64,000 nt of DNA from an uncultured Gemmatimonadales bacterium (lineage in GTDB: Bacteria; Gemmatimonadota; Gemmatimonadetes; Gemmatimonadales; GWC2-71-9). Within the stretch, counting starts at the first letter, position 1. Each line of letters starts with the position of its first letter. The position numbers and the translations under genes were made by a program. The notes under the pieces are model-generated. The model was not told where the DNA came from and did not search any database. It saw only the letters and a program-made list of their open reading frames with translations. Below are positions 52,931 through 62,612 of this stretch, piece after piece. The stretch lies in assembly GCA_963828735.1 (NCBI GenBank), contig CAWHFW010000005.1, forward strand, positions 2,528,001 through 2,592,000, read 5' to 3'.

Positions 52931-53252
52931 GGCGCGGAAGGGGGGCCGGAAGCTGACGGGAGCGGACCAGACAATCGAGGCGTGGAAGGGGTGGGCGACC
53001 GCGTTCCCCGATTCCAAGGGCACGATCCACGGTACCCACGTGGCCGACGACGGAACGGTCACCGTGGAGCTCACCTGGAAAGGCACGCACAACGGCCCAC
53101 TGCCGATGCCGAGCAGGACCCTCGCGGCCACAGGCAAGCCGATCGAGGTTCGGGCCTGCGCGGTCGTGGAGGTCGCCGGCGATCGGGCTTGGGCGGAGCG
53201 GCACTACTTCGATATGATGTCGCTGCTGCGGCAGCTCGGAGTGACGGGGTAG
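52929..53252 (+). pseudogene. N-terminally truncated SnoaL-like ester cyclase
   Basis: WATAFPD...WKGTHNG...ATGKPI...RHYFD; in-frame stop at 52923 with no start for the N-terminal part. Confidence 0.65.
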
Positions 53253-53275
53253 GGTTCGGCGGTCCCCGCCGAGAG

Positions 53276-53311
53276 GCACGAGGCCGGCGCACAGCCGGCC
53301 TCGTGCGTTTT
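53276..53311 (+). terminator. Intrinsic terminator
   Basis: GCACGAGGCCGGC-GCACA-GCCGGCCTCGTGC-GTTTT. Confidence 0.75.
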
Positions 53312-53417
53312 GGGCTCGGGCCGCCGCGGCGGTGTTCAGGACCGACCAGGTCATGCCGGAACACCGGGCCTCGCGTGAGACCCGACTCCCATCCATCCAA
53401 CCATTTCCGCCAGGCAG

Positions 53418-56003
53418 GTGTCCAACACGCGAACCTTCCCACGGAACGTTCGCGTGACCATGCTGTCCGGTACCCTGTTGGCCATCCAGATGCAGGTCGC
53501 GGCGGCGGCGCCGCCCGCGGTCCACCCGGTGCCGACCGGCTCGTCGGTCCAGGCAACCCGCACCGCGGTGGCGCCCGTGCTCGACGGCAAGGACGACGAT
53601 GCCGTCTGGCGATCGGCGCCCCCGATCGACGCCTTCCTGGAGGCCAAGCCCACCGAGGGCGCGCCGCCCAAGTTCAAGACGGTAGCCCGGGTGGCCTACG
53701 ACGAGCGCAATCTGTACGTCTTCGTCCGCGCCTTCGATCCCCACCCCGACAGCATCATCAGCCTCCTCTCCCGCCGCGACGATCAGACTGCGTCGGACTA
53801 CGTGACCCTCATGCTCGACCCGTACTACGACCGGCGTACCGGGTACGAGTTCTCGGTCAATCCTGCCGGCGTGAAGACGGACTACGCCATCTACAACGAC
53901 GGGGACGAGGACGTGGCCTGGGACGCGGTCTGGGATGCCGCGACGCGGATCGACTCGCTCGGCTGGACCGCCGAGTATCGCATTCCGCTCTCGCAGCTCC
54001 ACTACTCGTCCAAGGGGGGTGGCACGTTCGGCCTCCTCATCTGGCGCGTGATCCAGCGGCACACCGCCACCATCACCTGGCCGCTATACCGCACCTCGCA
54101 CTCGGGCTTCACGTCGCAGTTCGGGAGCCTCACTGGACTCGACGGCCTGGGCAGCCCGGGGCACGCCGAGATCACCCCGTACGTCGTCACCAAGAACATC
54201 CAGGTGCAGGGATCCGCGACTGTCGATCGGGCACAGGACGTATCGGTGGGAGGAGATTTCCGCTACAGCCTAGCGTCGAACCTGTTGGTCAACGCGACGG
54301 TCAATCCGGACTTCGGCCAGGTCGAGGCCGACCCGTCCGAGCTCAACCTCAGCGCGTTCGAGACGTTCTTCGACGAGCGGCGGCCATTCTTCGTGGAAGG
54401 GAAGGGGCTGTTCACCTTCACGGTGAACTGCGTCGTGGTGGTGGACTGCAACACGGGTGAGGGCCTGTTCTATTCCCGGCGCATCGGACGCGCGCCGCAG
54501 CTGAAGGACGTGTACGGCGACGGGAGCTCGCCCACGGCGACCAGGATCCTCGGGGCGGCCAAGCTCACCGGGCGCATGCCGGGCGGCTTCTCCCTCGGCG
54601 TGCTCGATGCGGTCACCGATAATGTCACCGGTCCCGGTGCCACCACCCTCGAGCCGACATCGAACTACGCGGTCGTACGTGGCAACCAGGATTTCCGGAG
54701 CGGGGCCGCCAGCCTCGGTTTCATCATGACGGGGGTGAACCGGTCGCTCGATGCCTCGACCGCGCCGTATCTGCACCGTAGCGCCTATACGGGCGGCGTG
54801 AACGGCCGCTGGCGGTTCAAGGGGCGCTACGAGATGTCGGGCTCGCTCGACCTGAGCCGAGTGGACGGGGACACCGCGGCGATCGCGCGCACGCAGCAGG
54901 ATCCCGTGCACCTGTATCAGCGTCCCGACGGCGATGCGACCTTCGACCCGACCCGGACCTCGCTGAGCGGCTCCAACCAGGAGGTGCGGTTCGCCAAGGT
55001 GGGCGGCAGGCGGCTCCACTTCGAGACCGCCTACCAGCGGCGCACGCCGGGCTTCGAGATCAACGACATCGGATTCCTGCGCCAGGCCGATCAGCAGGCG
55101 TGGACCAGCTGGGCCAACCTGGTGTTCGCCGAGCCGAACGAGGTCTTCCAGCAGCTCCGCTGGAACTTCAACAACTGGGAGTACTGGACCGCCTCGGGGC
55201 TTCCCACCGAGCGCGCCTTCAATACCAACGTGCACACCCAGTTCAACAATCGCTGGTGGCTGCACCTCGGGGGGACGCTCGGCCAGATGGGCACCACCTA
55301 CTGCGACCGGTGCGCGCGAGGAGGGCCGGCCATTCGGCAGGACGCGTACCTCTCCCCGTGGATCACGATCGAGGGCGACGACCGCCGCCCGCTCAAGCCG
55401 ATCTTCTCGGCCAACTACACCCGAGGCGACCAGGGGCGCTCGGAGACGATCGACGTGGCGCCGGAGCTCGACCTCAAGGTCTCGACCCGGTTCACCACCA
55501 GCCTCATGCTCGAGTACAACCACAACCGCAACGACCTCCAGTACTACAACACGTACACGGACCCGAATGGGGACCTGCACTACACCTTCGCACATCTCGA
55601 GCAGAAGACACTGAGCCTGACCTGGCGGCTGGGATACACCTTCACCCCGACCACCACCCTCCAGATCTACGCGTCGCCATTCGTTTCCAAGGGGACCTAC
55701 AGCGACGTTCGCGAGATCGCCGACGCGCGGGCCGCCGACTATTCGGCTCGGTACCAGCCCTACGCCGATCCGGCCGTGGCCGGCAACCCGGGCGGGTTCA
55801 ACTTCCAGCAGTTCCGGTCGAACGTCGTGTTTCGGTGGGAGTACCGGCCCGGCTCGACGGTGTTCCTGGTATGGAGCCAGGGGCGTGAGGGCTCGGCGGA
55901 CGTGGAGGGCACGCAGTCTTTCCGCGGGGACTTGGGCGAACTGTTCGCTCGCCGGGCGAACGACACGTTCCTCGTGAAGGTGTCGTACTGGCTGACGCCC
56001 TAG
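53418..56003 (+). CDS. CBM9-like/DUF5916 outer-membrane protein
   Basis: PVLDGK.DD.VW, TVNPDFGQVEAD, FFDERRPFF.EG, LFYSRRIG, FRWEYRPGS, KVSYW. Confidence 0.88.
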   Translation: MSNTRTFPRNVRVTMLSGTLLAIQMQVAAAAPPAVHPVPTGSSVQATRTAVAPVLDGKDDDAVWRSAPPIDAFLEAKPTEGAPPKFKTVARVAYDERNLYVFVRAFDPHPDSIISLLSRRDDQTASDYVTLMLDPYYDRRTGYEFSVNPAGVKTDYAIYNDGDEDVAWDAVWDAATRIDSLGWTAEYRIPLSQLHYSSKGGGTFGLLIWRVIQRHTATITWPLYRTSHSGFTSQFGSLTGLDGLGSPGHAEITPYVVTKNIQVQGSATVDRAQDVSVGGDFRYSLASNLLVNATVNPDFGQVEADPSELNLSAFETFFDERRPFFVEGKGLFTFTVNCVVVVDCNTGEGLFYSRRIGRAPQLKDVYGDGSSPTATRILGAAKLTGRMPGGFSLGVLDAVTDNVTGPGATTLEPTSNYAVVRGNQDFRSGAASLGFIMTGVNRSLDASTAPYLHRSAYTGGVNGRWRFKGRYEMSGSLDLSRVDGDTAAIARTQQDPVHLYQRPDGDATFDPTRTSLSGSNQEVRFAKVGGRRLHFETAYQRRTPGFEINDIGFLRQADQQAWTSWANLVFAEPNEVFQQLRWNFNNWEYWTASGLPTERAFNTNVHTQFNNRWWLHLGGTLGQMGTTYCDRCARGGPAIRQDAYLSPWITIEGDDRRPLKPIFSANYTRGDQGRSETIDVAPELDLKVSTRFTTSLMLEYNHNRNDLQYYNTYTDPNGDLHYTFAHLEQKTLSLTWRLGYTFTPTTTLQIYASPFVSKGTYSDVREIADARAADYSARYQPYADPAVAGNPGGFNFQQFRSNVVFRWEYRPGSTVFLVWSQGREGSADVEGTQSFRGDLGELFARRANDTFLVKVSYWLTP

Positions 56004-56039
56004 TCCAGGCGGAACGGAACCACGCCCGACGCGCCGACC

Positions 56040-59000
56040 TCAGCGGCCGGCAACCGCCGGCTCGGCGGCAAACCGCGCCGCCTCGGTGCGGCTTCGCGTC
56101 GAGCGATGAACGGGATCGGCGCCGATCGTGCCCACGAGGGCCGCGAGATACTCGCGCGCGCTGACCCGCTCGAGCTCGGCACGGGCGTGCTCGAGCCGTG
56201 CGGGAATGCCGAGGCGTACGGCTTCGTCGCGATGGCCGGCCCGCGCCAGGAACTCGGTGAGGCTTCGCGTGTGGCGCTCCCAGAGCGCCACATCCCGCTT
56301 CTGCTTGATCACAAGGCGCTCCTGGTACCAGTCGCTCGCGAGCAGCGCCTCCCTCGTGAAGAGCGCTCGAATCTCCGGATGGTGGGCGTCTTTCCCTTCG
56401 AACTGCCCGTGGGCCATGATGTGGATCAGGGCCTTGAGCGGCGGGCAGGCATCCTCGATGGTCCCATCCTCGAAATACGCCGCCGCCACCCGCTGCTGTG
56501 CCTCGACGATGTTGTTCACCCCGTCGGCGAACACCGCCGGATCCTGGGTCTCCGGCTGGAGGATCTCCTCCGTGAAGACGGCCGTGGGGTTGTCGAACAC
56601 CCGCCCGAAGTAGGTGTGCACGAACTTGGCCGTAATGCGGTAGCCCAGCCGGCTGGCAAGCACCCGCTGACCGCCGAACTCGTAGTCCGCGAGCTTCTCG
56701 AGGTGGCCCGCCTCGATCAGCCGTCTGGGATCACGCTCGTGAGGGAAGAGGCGGCACCAGATCTCCGGAATCAGGAGGCTGATGTCGTGGTCCACCCGGT
56801 AGCGGGGGCCGATGAAGCCCGCCGCCGAGCTGAAGCCACCGTAGCCGGTGAGCAGCATGGAGACGAGCGCGTTGTTGAGGTCGGCGGTCGCCGCGAGGGC
56901 GTTGAACGGCCCCTTGGTGAGCGCGCCCTCCGAGCCCGCTCCCGTCGTGCTGGGTGAGGTGCCCGTGAGCGAGCACACGTAATCCATGAACAGCTCGGGG
57001 AGCTCCTGGTAGTGGATCGGACCGTAGACGCAGAGCGGGCGGACGCCCTCCTCGGGCCGGTTGTTCCGTCGGCCGGAGAGCACGCTGATCACGGGGAACA
57101 GCACCGGCGCGTGCAAGGGCAGCCGACGGTACAGCCGGGCACCCATCTCCGCGACGTACCGATCGCGCGGGTGCGCGAGGTCCGGGCGGAGCTGGAGGTA
57201 CCGAGGGTTTTTCGTGGGTTTGCCGCCGATCAGCCGGGGGTGCGCCGAGCAGATCGAGTACCCACCGTCCTCGCGCGCGGCGTTGGCGGCGACGTGATCG
57301 CGCATCGGCGCCGTGAACGCGTCGTGCACGGCCACGTCCTCGACGATGCGCACCGCGTCGTCACGGGTGAGCGGCTGGAAGTTCGAGCAGAAGAGGCCCG
57401 GCGCCGACATGTCCTCCTCCGTCTGCCGGTCGAGACCGGGGTGGATCGCGTCGTCGGGCCGCTGAAAGAGGCGGAACTCGCAGTTCTGGGAGAGCTTGAG
57501 GCTCGGGTGGCCGTCGTACTCTCCGGGGATGCCGACGAGCCGGCGCGCCGGCACCACCACCGAGGCGGTGATGTCGTCCTCCATCTGGACCTTGTCGGCC
57601 GCCACGAAGTCCTGGCGCAGCTTGTAGGTGCGCCAGGCGCCGTTCTCCTCCCGCCCGATGCGAAGGTAGTTCGCCACGAGACGCCGCCCCTCGTACTTGA
57701 GCTCGTGCCCGGGCGCGCCGTTGATGATGTCCACGCTGAAGTGGCTGCGCCAATCCTCGCCCCACGCGGGCCGGTAGAAGCGCTTGATGACGAACACCAG
57801 CGCCCGCACATGATTCGGGATGCTCTCGAGCCAGGCGTTGTACGCGGGGGTGAATTCGCCGGGATTGGGCGTGAGCAGCTTGATCACCGAGCCGAGCGAC
57901 CGTTCAGGCGAGAGAATGGGCCGGGAGGGCTCTCGTCCGTCGGCCGCGCGCAGCTCGGGCAGCCGCGCGTCATCGTAACGCCGGTCGAAGACCTCCTGGA
58001 CGACCGCCATGTCGTCCTCGAAATGCCCGACGTAGAACGCCCCGGGCAGCATGGTGTCCACCAGGCTCTTGCTGATCTCCGACTTGCCGCCGCCCGACAC
58101 GGTGCACGGCTTGTGGCAGAAGGCGCCCTCGGGCACCGTGCCGACCAGTCGCCAGCTCGGCGCTGCGCGATGCTTGGCCATGCGGATCTTGTAGCCGCTC
58201 GGATGGATGTAGACCCGCCCGGGCAGGAGCTTGAGGTGCTGCTCCTGGCCGTTCTTCTTCCACTTGATGTCCTGTCGCTGAACATCGATCTCCATGTCCT
58301 CCGGCATGTAGTGGATCTCGGGATACACCCCATCGGTGGCGTACCCCGTCGGGTGGTACGTCGCGCGCTGGCCTACCAGCGCCAGCATCTCCGCGAATCG
58401 ATGGTTGGCGCTCACGATCCGCACCTGCTCGGGCCCGAACCGGTCGCCCAGGTTGAACGTGGCGAAGGCCAACGCGCCGCCCGCGTGCTCCTCCTCGGCG
58501 AGCCCGAACAGGTTCGCGCTGTAGCCGATCTGCGTCTTCACTTCCTTCTTGCAGTACCCGAAATAGTTGTCGGCCAGGATCGTGACCATCACCCCTTCGG
58601 TGCCGCGGGACGTGATCTTGAAGGGACGGCCCTCGTTGTAGAGCTCGGCTTCGTCCGACCAACACATGCCCGCGGCGCGCTCGCGGTCCGAGGCCTCGCT
58701 CACCGGCGGCAGTCCCAGGTCCTTCTTGCGCAGCCGCGTGAGGTGCGGGGCGAGGATGACGCAGCCGCTGTGTCCGGTCCAGCCGTCCACATCGAGGCCG
58801 GCGTCGTTGGCCGGCAGGTAGGGGTCGCCGGCGTTGCCGAAGATGCTCTCCACGAAATCGAGATTCGAGACCAGGCCTCCCGGCACGAAGAAGCGCACCT
58901 CCAACCGCTTCTCCGGCAGTACCTTGGGCACCGCCGGGCACACCAGCGGACGCAGCAGCAGCGACACCATCGTCTCGACCGGCTCCGGCCACCCGGCCGT

Positions 59001-59567
59001 GAACGGCAGGCGCATCAACGACGCTGGCGGACGCAGCGCTTCCTGCAGCAGCCGCGCGTAGGTGGCGAGCGGCACTCGCGTCTTGTCGGCCGGGATCGGG
59101 AGCCCACCTTCGGCGACGTGAAACACGCCCTGGGTCGTGCGACGGTCGCTCACCGGGTTGTGCAGCACGCCGTTGTCGAGACGGTAGCTCGAGACCAGCT
59201 CGTTCTCCCACGCGTTGCGGTGGATCGGCAGCGACAGCTCGCGCGCGAGACCGTAGCGGTCGAGAATCAGGGTCTCCGCGGGAAGCGTGACGGCGGCCGG
59301 CATGCCGACGGCGCGGAGAAGCCCGTCGATGTAGTGCTGGATGCGCTGGTCGGCGGGGCACAGATGCTCGGACAGGAGCCGGGTCTGTTCGCGGTAGCGC
59401 GCGAAGAGATCGCCGGTCAGGTGGAGCACCTCCTGGTCGCCCGTGTCGGCCGGAATGCGAACGCCCATCGCCGCGAGCTTGAGCAGGATCGAGCTGACGG
59501 CCGCGTGGCGTTCCGGCAGCCAGACCTTGCCGTCGGGCCTCAATCCCACTGAACGCTCCAGCTCCAT
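56040..59567 (-). CDS. PPi-dependent phosphoenolpyruvate carboxykinase
   Basis: About 1175 aa; NGVLHNP..DRRTT.GVFH, ADNYFGYCKKEVKTQI, CHKPCTVSGGGKSEISKS, SPSTTGAGSEGALTKGPFN. Confidence 0.88.
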   Translation of the reverse strand: MELERSVGLRPDGKVWLPERHAAVSSILLKLAAMGVRIPADTGDQEVLHLTGDLFARYREQTRLLSEHLCPADQRIQHYIDGLLRAVGMPAAVTLPAETLILDRYGLARELSLPIHRNAWENELVSSYRLDNGVLHNPVSDRRTTQGVFHVAEGGLPIPADKTRVPLATYARLLQEALRPPASLMRLPFTAGWPEPVETMVSLLLRPLVCPAVPKVLPEKRLEVRFFVPGGLVSNLDFVESIFGNAGDPYLPANDAGLDVDGWTGHSGCVILAPHLTRLRKKDLGLPPVSEASDRERAAGMCWSDEAELYNEGRPFKITSRGTEGVMVTILADNYFGYCKKEVKTQIGYSANLFGLAEEEHAGGALAFATFNLGDRFGPEQVRIVSANHRFAEMLALVGQRATYHPTGYATDGVYPEIHYMPEDMEIDVQRQDIKWKKNGQEQHLKLLPGRVYIHPSGYKIRMAKHRAAPSWRLVGTVPEGAFCHKPCTVSGGGKSEISKSLVDTMLPGAFYVGHFEDDMAVVQEVFDRRYDDARLPELRAADGREPSRPILSPERSLGSVIKLLTPNPGEFTPAYNAWLESIPNHVRALVFVIKRFYRPAWGEDWRSHFSVDIINGAPGHELKYEGRRLVANYLRIGREENGAWRTYKLRQDFVAADKVQMEDDITASVVVPARRLVGIPGEYDGHPSLKLSQNCEFRLFQRPDDAIHPGLDRQTEEDMSAPGLFCSNFQPLTRDDAVRIVEDVAVHDAFTAPMRDHVAANAAREDGGYSICSAHPRLIGGKPTKNPRYLQLRPDLAHPRDRYVAEMGARLYRRLPLHAPVLFPVISVLSGRRNNRPEEGVRPLCVYGPIHYQELPELFMDYVCSLTGTSPSTTGAGSEGALTKGPFNALAATADLNNALVSMLLTGYGGFSSAAGFIGPRYRVDHDISLLIPEIWCRLFPHERDPRRLIEAGHLEKLADYEFGGQRVLASRLGYRITAKFVHTYFGRVFDNPTAVFTEEILQPETQDPAVFADGVNNIVEAQQRVAAAYFEDGTIEDACPPLKALIHIMAHGQFEGKDAHHPEIRALFTREALLASDWYQERLVIKQKRDVALWERHTRSLTEFLARAGHRDEAVRLGIPARLEHARAELERVSAREYLAALVGTIGADPVHRSTRSRTEAARFAAEPAVAGR

Positions 59568-59892
59568 GTCGGCCTCCAAGCGAGTCGATTCCAGTCCTCG
59601 ATTCCAACGTCTCTCCCGAACGGACGCCCGTCAACCTACGGGAGTTCGGGGGACCAGTGGCCCGGCGGTGCTCGGGGCTTGAGGGAGGGAGTCAGATTCG
59701 CTGGACGCCGATCGCCAGGGGGCGAAGGCGCGACGCTTGAGTGCCGCGATGACCGCGTACCGGAAATCCCACCAGCTCGCCCCGGCGGCGTGGCCGTGAC
59801 ATGCGTCACCAGCCGATCCGAACCCGGCGATTAGGATGCTCGTCGGGCGCCGGAGTGCCGGCGCCGAGGCTCATTCCTGGGGAGGGCAGGAC

Positions 59893-60267
59893 ATGCTGGG
59901 AGATAACGACGCTATCGTCACGATTCCCGTGAAGGACATCGACGTGGCCAAGGAGTTCTATCAGGACAAGCTGGGTCTCATGACAGGCCCGAGCCGCGAG
60001 GCGGGGGTGCTCACCTGCAAGAGCGGAAGCTCCTCCGTCCTGGTGTACCGATCGGAATATGCGGGGACAAACGAGGCGACCGCTGCCACGTGGGCGGTCG
60101 ACGATGTGGACGGTACGGTGCGCGCGCTCAAGGAGAAGGGCGTGACGTTCGAGCACTACGACTTCCCGAATACTACGCGCAAGGGCGACGTGCACGTATC
60201 GGGGACGACCAAGGCCGCGTGGTTCAAGGACCCGGACGGGAACATCCTGGCCGTCGTCAGCCGCTGA
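59893..60267 (+). CDS. VOC/glyoxalase family protein
   Basis: IPVKDIDVAKEFY...AWFKDPDGNIL. Confidence 0.9.
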   Translation: MLGDNDAIVTIPVKDIDVAKEFYQDKLGLMTGPSREAGVLTCKSGSSSVLVYRSEYAGTNEATAATWAVDDVDGTVRALKEKGVTFEHYDFPNTTRKGDVHVSGTTKAAWFKDPDGNILAVVSR

Positions 60268-60288
60268 CGGGTCGAGCGGTTCGAGCGG

Positions 60289-61830
60289 CTAGTCGTTCCG
60301 AGCGACCGCCTCGCCGAGGCCGGTGGCGAGCTCTGCGGCGCTTTGCGGCCGATCCTCCGGCTTCTTGGCGAGGCACGCAAGCACGATCCGCTCGAGGGCG
60401 GGCGGGATGGGATTGTCGGTCCGGGCGGAAGGCGGCACCGGGGGCTGCTGGACGTGGAGCAACGCGGTCTGGATTGCGGTCTGGCCTTCGAACACCAGCT
60501 GCCCGGTGAGCAGGTAGTAGGCGACGCACCCCACCGAGTAGAGGTCGGCGCGGCCATCCACGCCGCCCTCTCCGTGCACCATCTCCGGGGCCATGTACGC
60601 CGGCGTGCCGATCGCGAGGCCAGCCACGCTGGCGAGCGAGTCATCGCCGTCCCGTCCAGCCACGGACTTCACCAGGCCGAAGTCGAGTACCTTCACGAAG
60701 TCGGGATGGCGTCCCACCCGTCCCAGGTGAATGTTGGCCGGCTTGATGTCACGATGCACCAACCCCGCGTCGTGCGCCTCTTCCAGGGACTCGCACACCT
60801 GCCGCAGGATGTGGACGACCCGCGAGGCGGGCATCGGCCCGTCGGATCGCACGAGCTGGTCGAGCGTGATGCCGTCCAATAGCTCCATCACGAGATAGAG
60901 GCGGCCGTCGTCGGTCACCCCGAAGTCGTAGAGCTGCACCGTGTGGGGCGACTTGAGGCGGGCCGCCGCCTCGGCCTCGCGGCGGAACCGGGCGGCCGCC
61001 AGCTGCGCCCGACCCGTGTCCTCGCCCGCGAGGGCTTCGGGGCGAATCAGCTTGATGGCCGCCGGCCGTGCCAGCATGCGATGGTGCGCCAGGTACACCT
61101 CGCCCATGCCGCCACGGCCCAGCAACTCTCCCAGGCGGTAGCTTCCCATCTCGCGAGCCTTGCTCACCTGCTGGCCGAGCCTCGTCACCACGCCGGAAAC
61201 CACGACCGCCACGCCCGCCATCAGATAGTTCGGGTAGTGCATCAGGAAGGCGCTCAGGGTGCCCTCGAACTGACGGATACCGAACGCTCGCGCCGCGAAC
61301 ATGCCGATCGGATCCATGGATGCTGCGAGAAAGGCGGCGACGGCCATCTTCCACGGCTCCGCGGGCACGATGGCCGCCGTGATGATGATCATTGGTCCGA
61401 TCCAGGTAATCATCGGAAGCGTCGGAATCGCGCCGGCCGGCTCAGTGCCCCAGTGGAGCATCACACCGAGATCCACCGCCGTGAGCACCATATAGGCCAG
61501 ACTCAGGTCCAGCACGAAGGTGGCGCTCCGGCTGGTCGTGCGGAGAAAGAGGAACAACGCCAGCGACGTGATGAACGCGAAGGTCGCGATCGCGTCGATG
61601 AAGCGGAAATCGGTGGCCCGCGGGTCGCCCGGGGATGAGAAGTACACGGCCACATGGCCCAGCGCGGGGCCCAGGAGCCAGAGTGCCGCCGCGACTAACA
61701 ATAGGATCTGGAGTCGCTTGGTGGCCTGCCGTAGCAGGTCATCGGGGAGGCGGCGAGGACGGCCGGGGACGGTCTGGAGATCGGCCGGGGTTTCCGACGT
61801 GAGCCGGCCGATGATGCGTGGCGTAGGCAT
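60289..61830 (-). CDS. Ser/Thr kinase with N-terminal multi-TM domain
   Basis: TMs, then GRGGMGEVY, AAIK, HRDIKPAN, DFG, APE. Confidence 0.93.
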   Translation of the reverse strand: MPTPRIIGRLTSETPADLQTVPGRPRRLPDDLLRQATKRLQILLLVAAALWLLGPALGHVAVYFSSPGDPRATDFRFIDAIATFAFITSLALFLFLRTTSRSATFVLDLSLAYMVLTAVDLGVMLHWGTEPAGAIPTLPMITWIGPMIIITAAIVPAEPWKMAVAAFLAASMDPIGMFAARAFGIRQFEGTLSAFLMHYPNYLMAGVAVVVSGVVTRLGQQVSKAREMGSYRLGELLGRGGMGEVYLAHHRMLARPAAIKLIRPEALAGEDTGRAQLAAARFRREAEAAARLKSPHTVQLYDFGVTDDGRLYLVMELLDGITLDQLVRSDGPMPASRVVHILRQVCESLEEAHDAGLVHRDIKPANIHLGRVGRHPDFVKVLDFGLVKSVAGRDGDDSLASVAGLAIGTPAYMAPEMVHGEGGVDGRADLYSVGCVAYYLLTGQLVFEGQTAIQTALLHVQQPPVPPSARTDNPIPPALERIVLACLAKKPEDRPQSAAELATGLGEAVARND

Positions 61831-61888
61831 GGCAGGTACTCTACGCGGCTCGGCCCGTCATCACCACCCGTGACGCGGAAACCCCGGT

Positions 61889-62362
61889 CTAGGCGGGGGC
61901 CAGGAGGCCCCGGCGAGTCAGGAGCGCGACGGGGATGCCGATCAGGACCGCGTGCACGACGATGCTAAGCGCCACCCAGAGTGGGTCCTTGGCGCCGCCG
62001 TGGGCAGCCGCCGAGAGCGGCACGACGATGTAATTCATGATCACATAGAGAAGCAGGCCGTAGGCGGCGCCGCAGATGACCGGGCGGTCCCGAAGGAGCG
62101 GTCGACGCCTGGCCGCGAGGTAGTAGGTGACCGACATGCTGGTCGCGATGAAGAAGTGGAGCGCGAGTCCCAGCACCGCGGTTGGCCACCCGCCCTTGAA
62201 GCTGGCGCCGCCGAGCAGGCCCGCGGCCACCGACTGAAAGATCCGCTGCGCGGGTACTCCCGCCTTGAGTGCCCAGAAGACGCAGGCGTAGGTGATGTCG
62301 AGAGCGCCGGCGGCCAGCCCTCCCGCGAGCGCGTACCGCATGGGCCTGGGTGAAGCGTTCAC
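61889..62362 (-). CDS. Hypothetical membrane protein (start uncertain)
   Basis: GGLAAGALDI...IFQSVAAGLLG...GLALHF...MNYIVVPLS. Confidence 0.7.
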   Translation of the reverse strand: MNASPRPMRYALAGGLAAGALDITYACVFWALKAGVPAQRIFQSVAAGLLGGASFKGGWPTAVLGLALHFFIATSMSVTYYLAARRRPLLRDRPVICGAAYGLLLYVIMNYIVVPLSAAAHGGAKDPLWVALSIVVHAVLIGIPVALLTRRGLLAPA

Positions 62363-62612
62363 GAGCGCTCCGGTGGAGGTGTCGCCGCAGAGGACGTCGT
62401 CCGCGGTGCCACCTACACGGCCGAACCCCGCGACGACCGTGGCCGCGGCGGTGATTCGGCGCACACCGATTCCCCCGGGGATGCCCTGGAGGCCGGCGCG
62501 GCGGCGCGGCTAGATTAGGCAAGCCAGTGTTCACCGCGGTTCACTCCCCACCGCCCCACCCGGTCTCCGGGCGCGGCCAAGATCTGCAAGTGCCCGTCTG
62601 ACCTCGCTTCGT

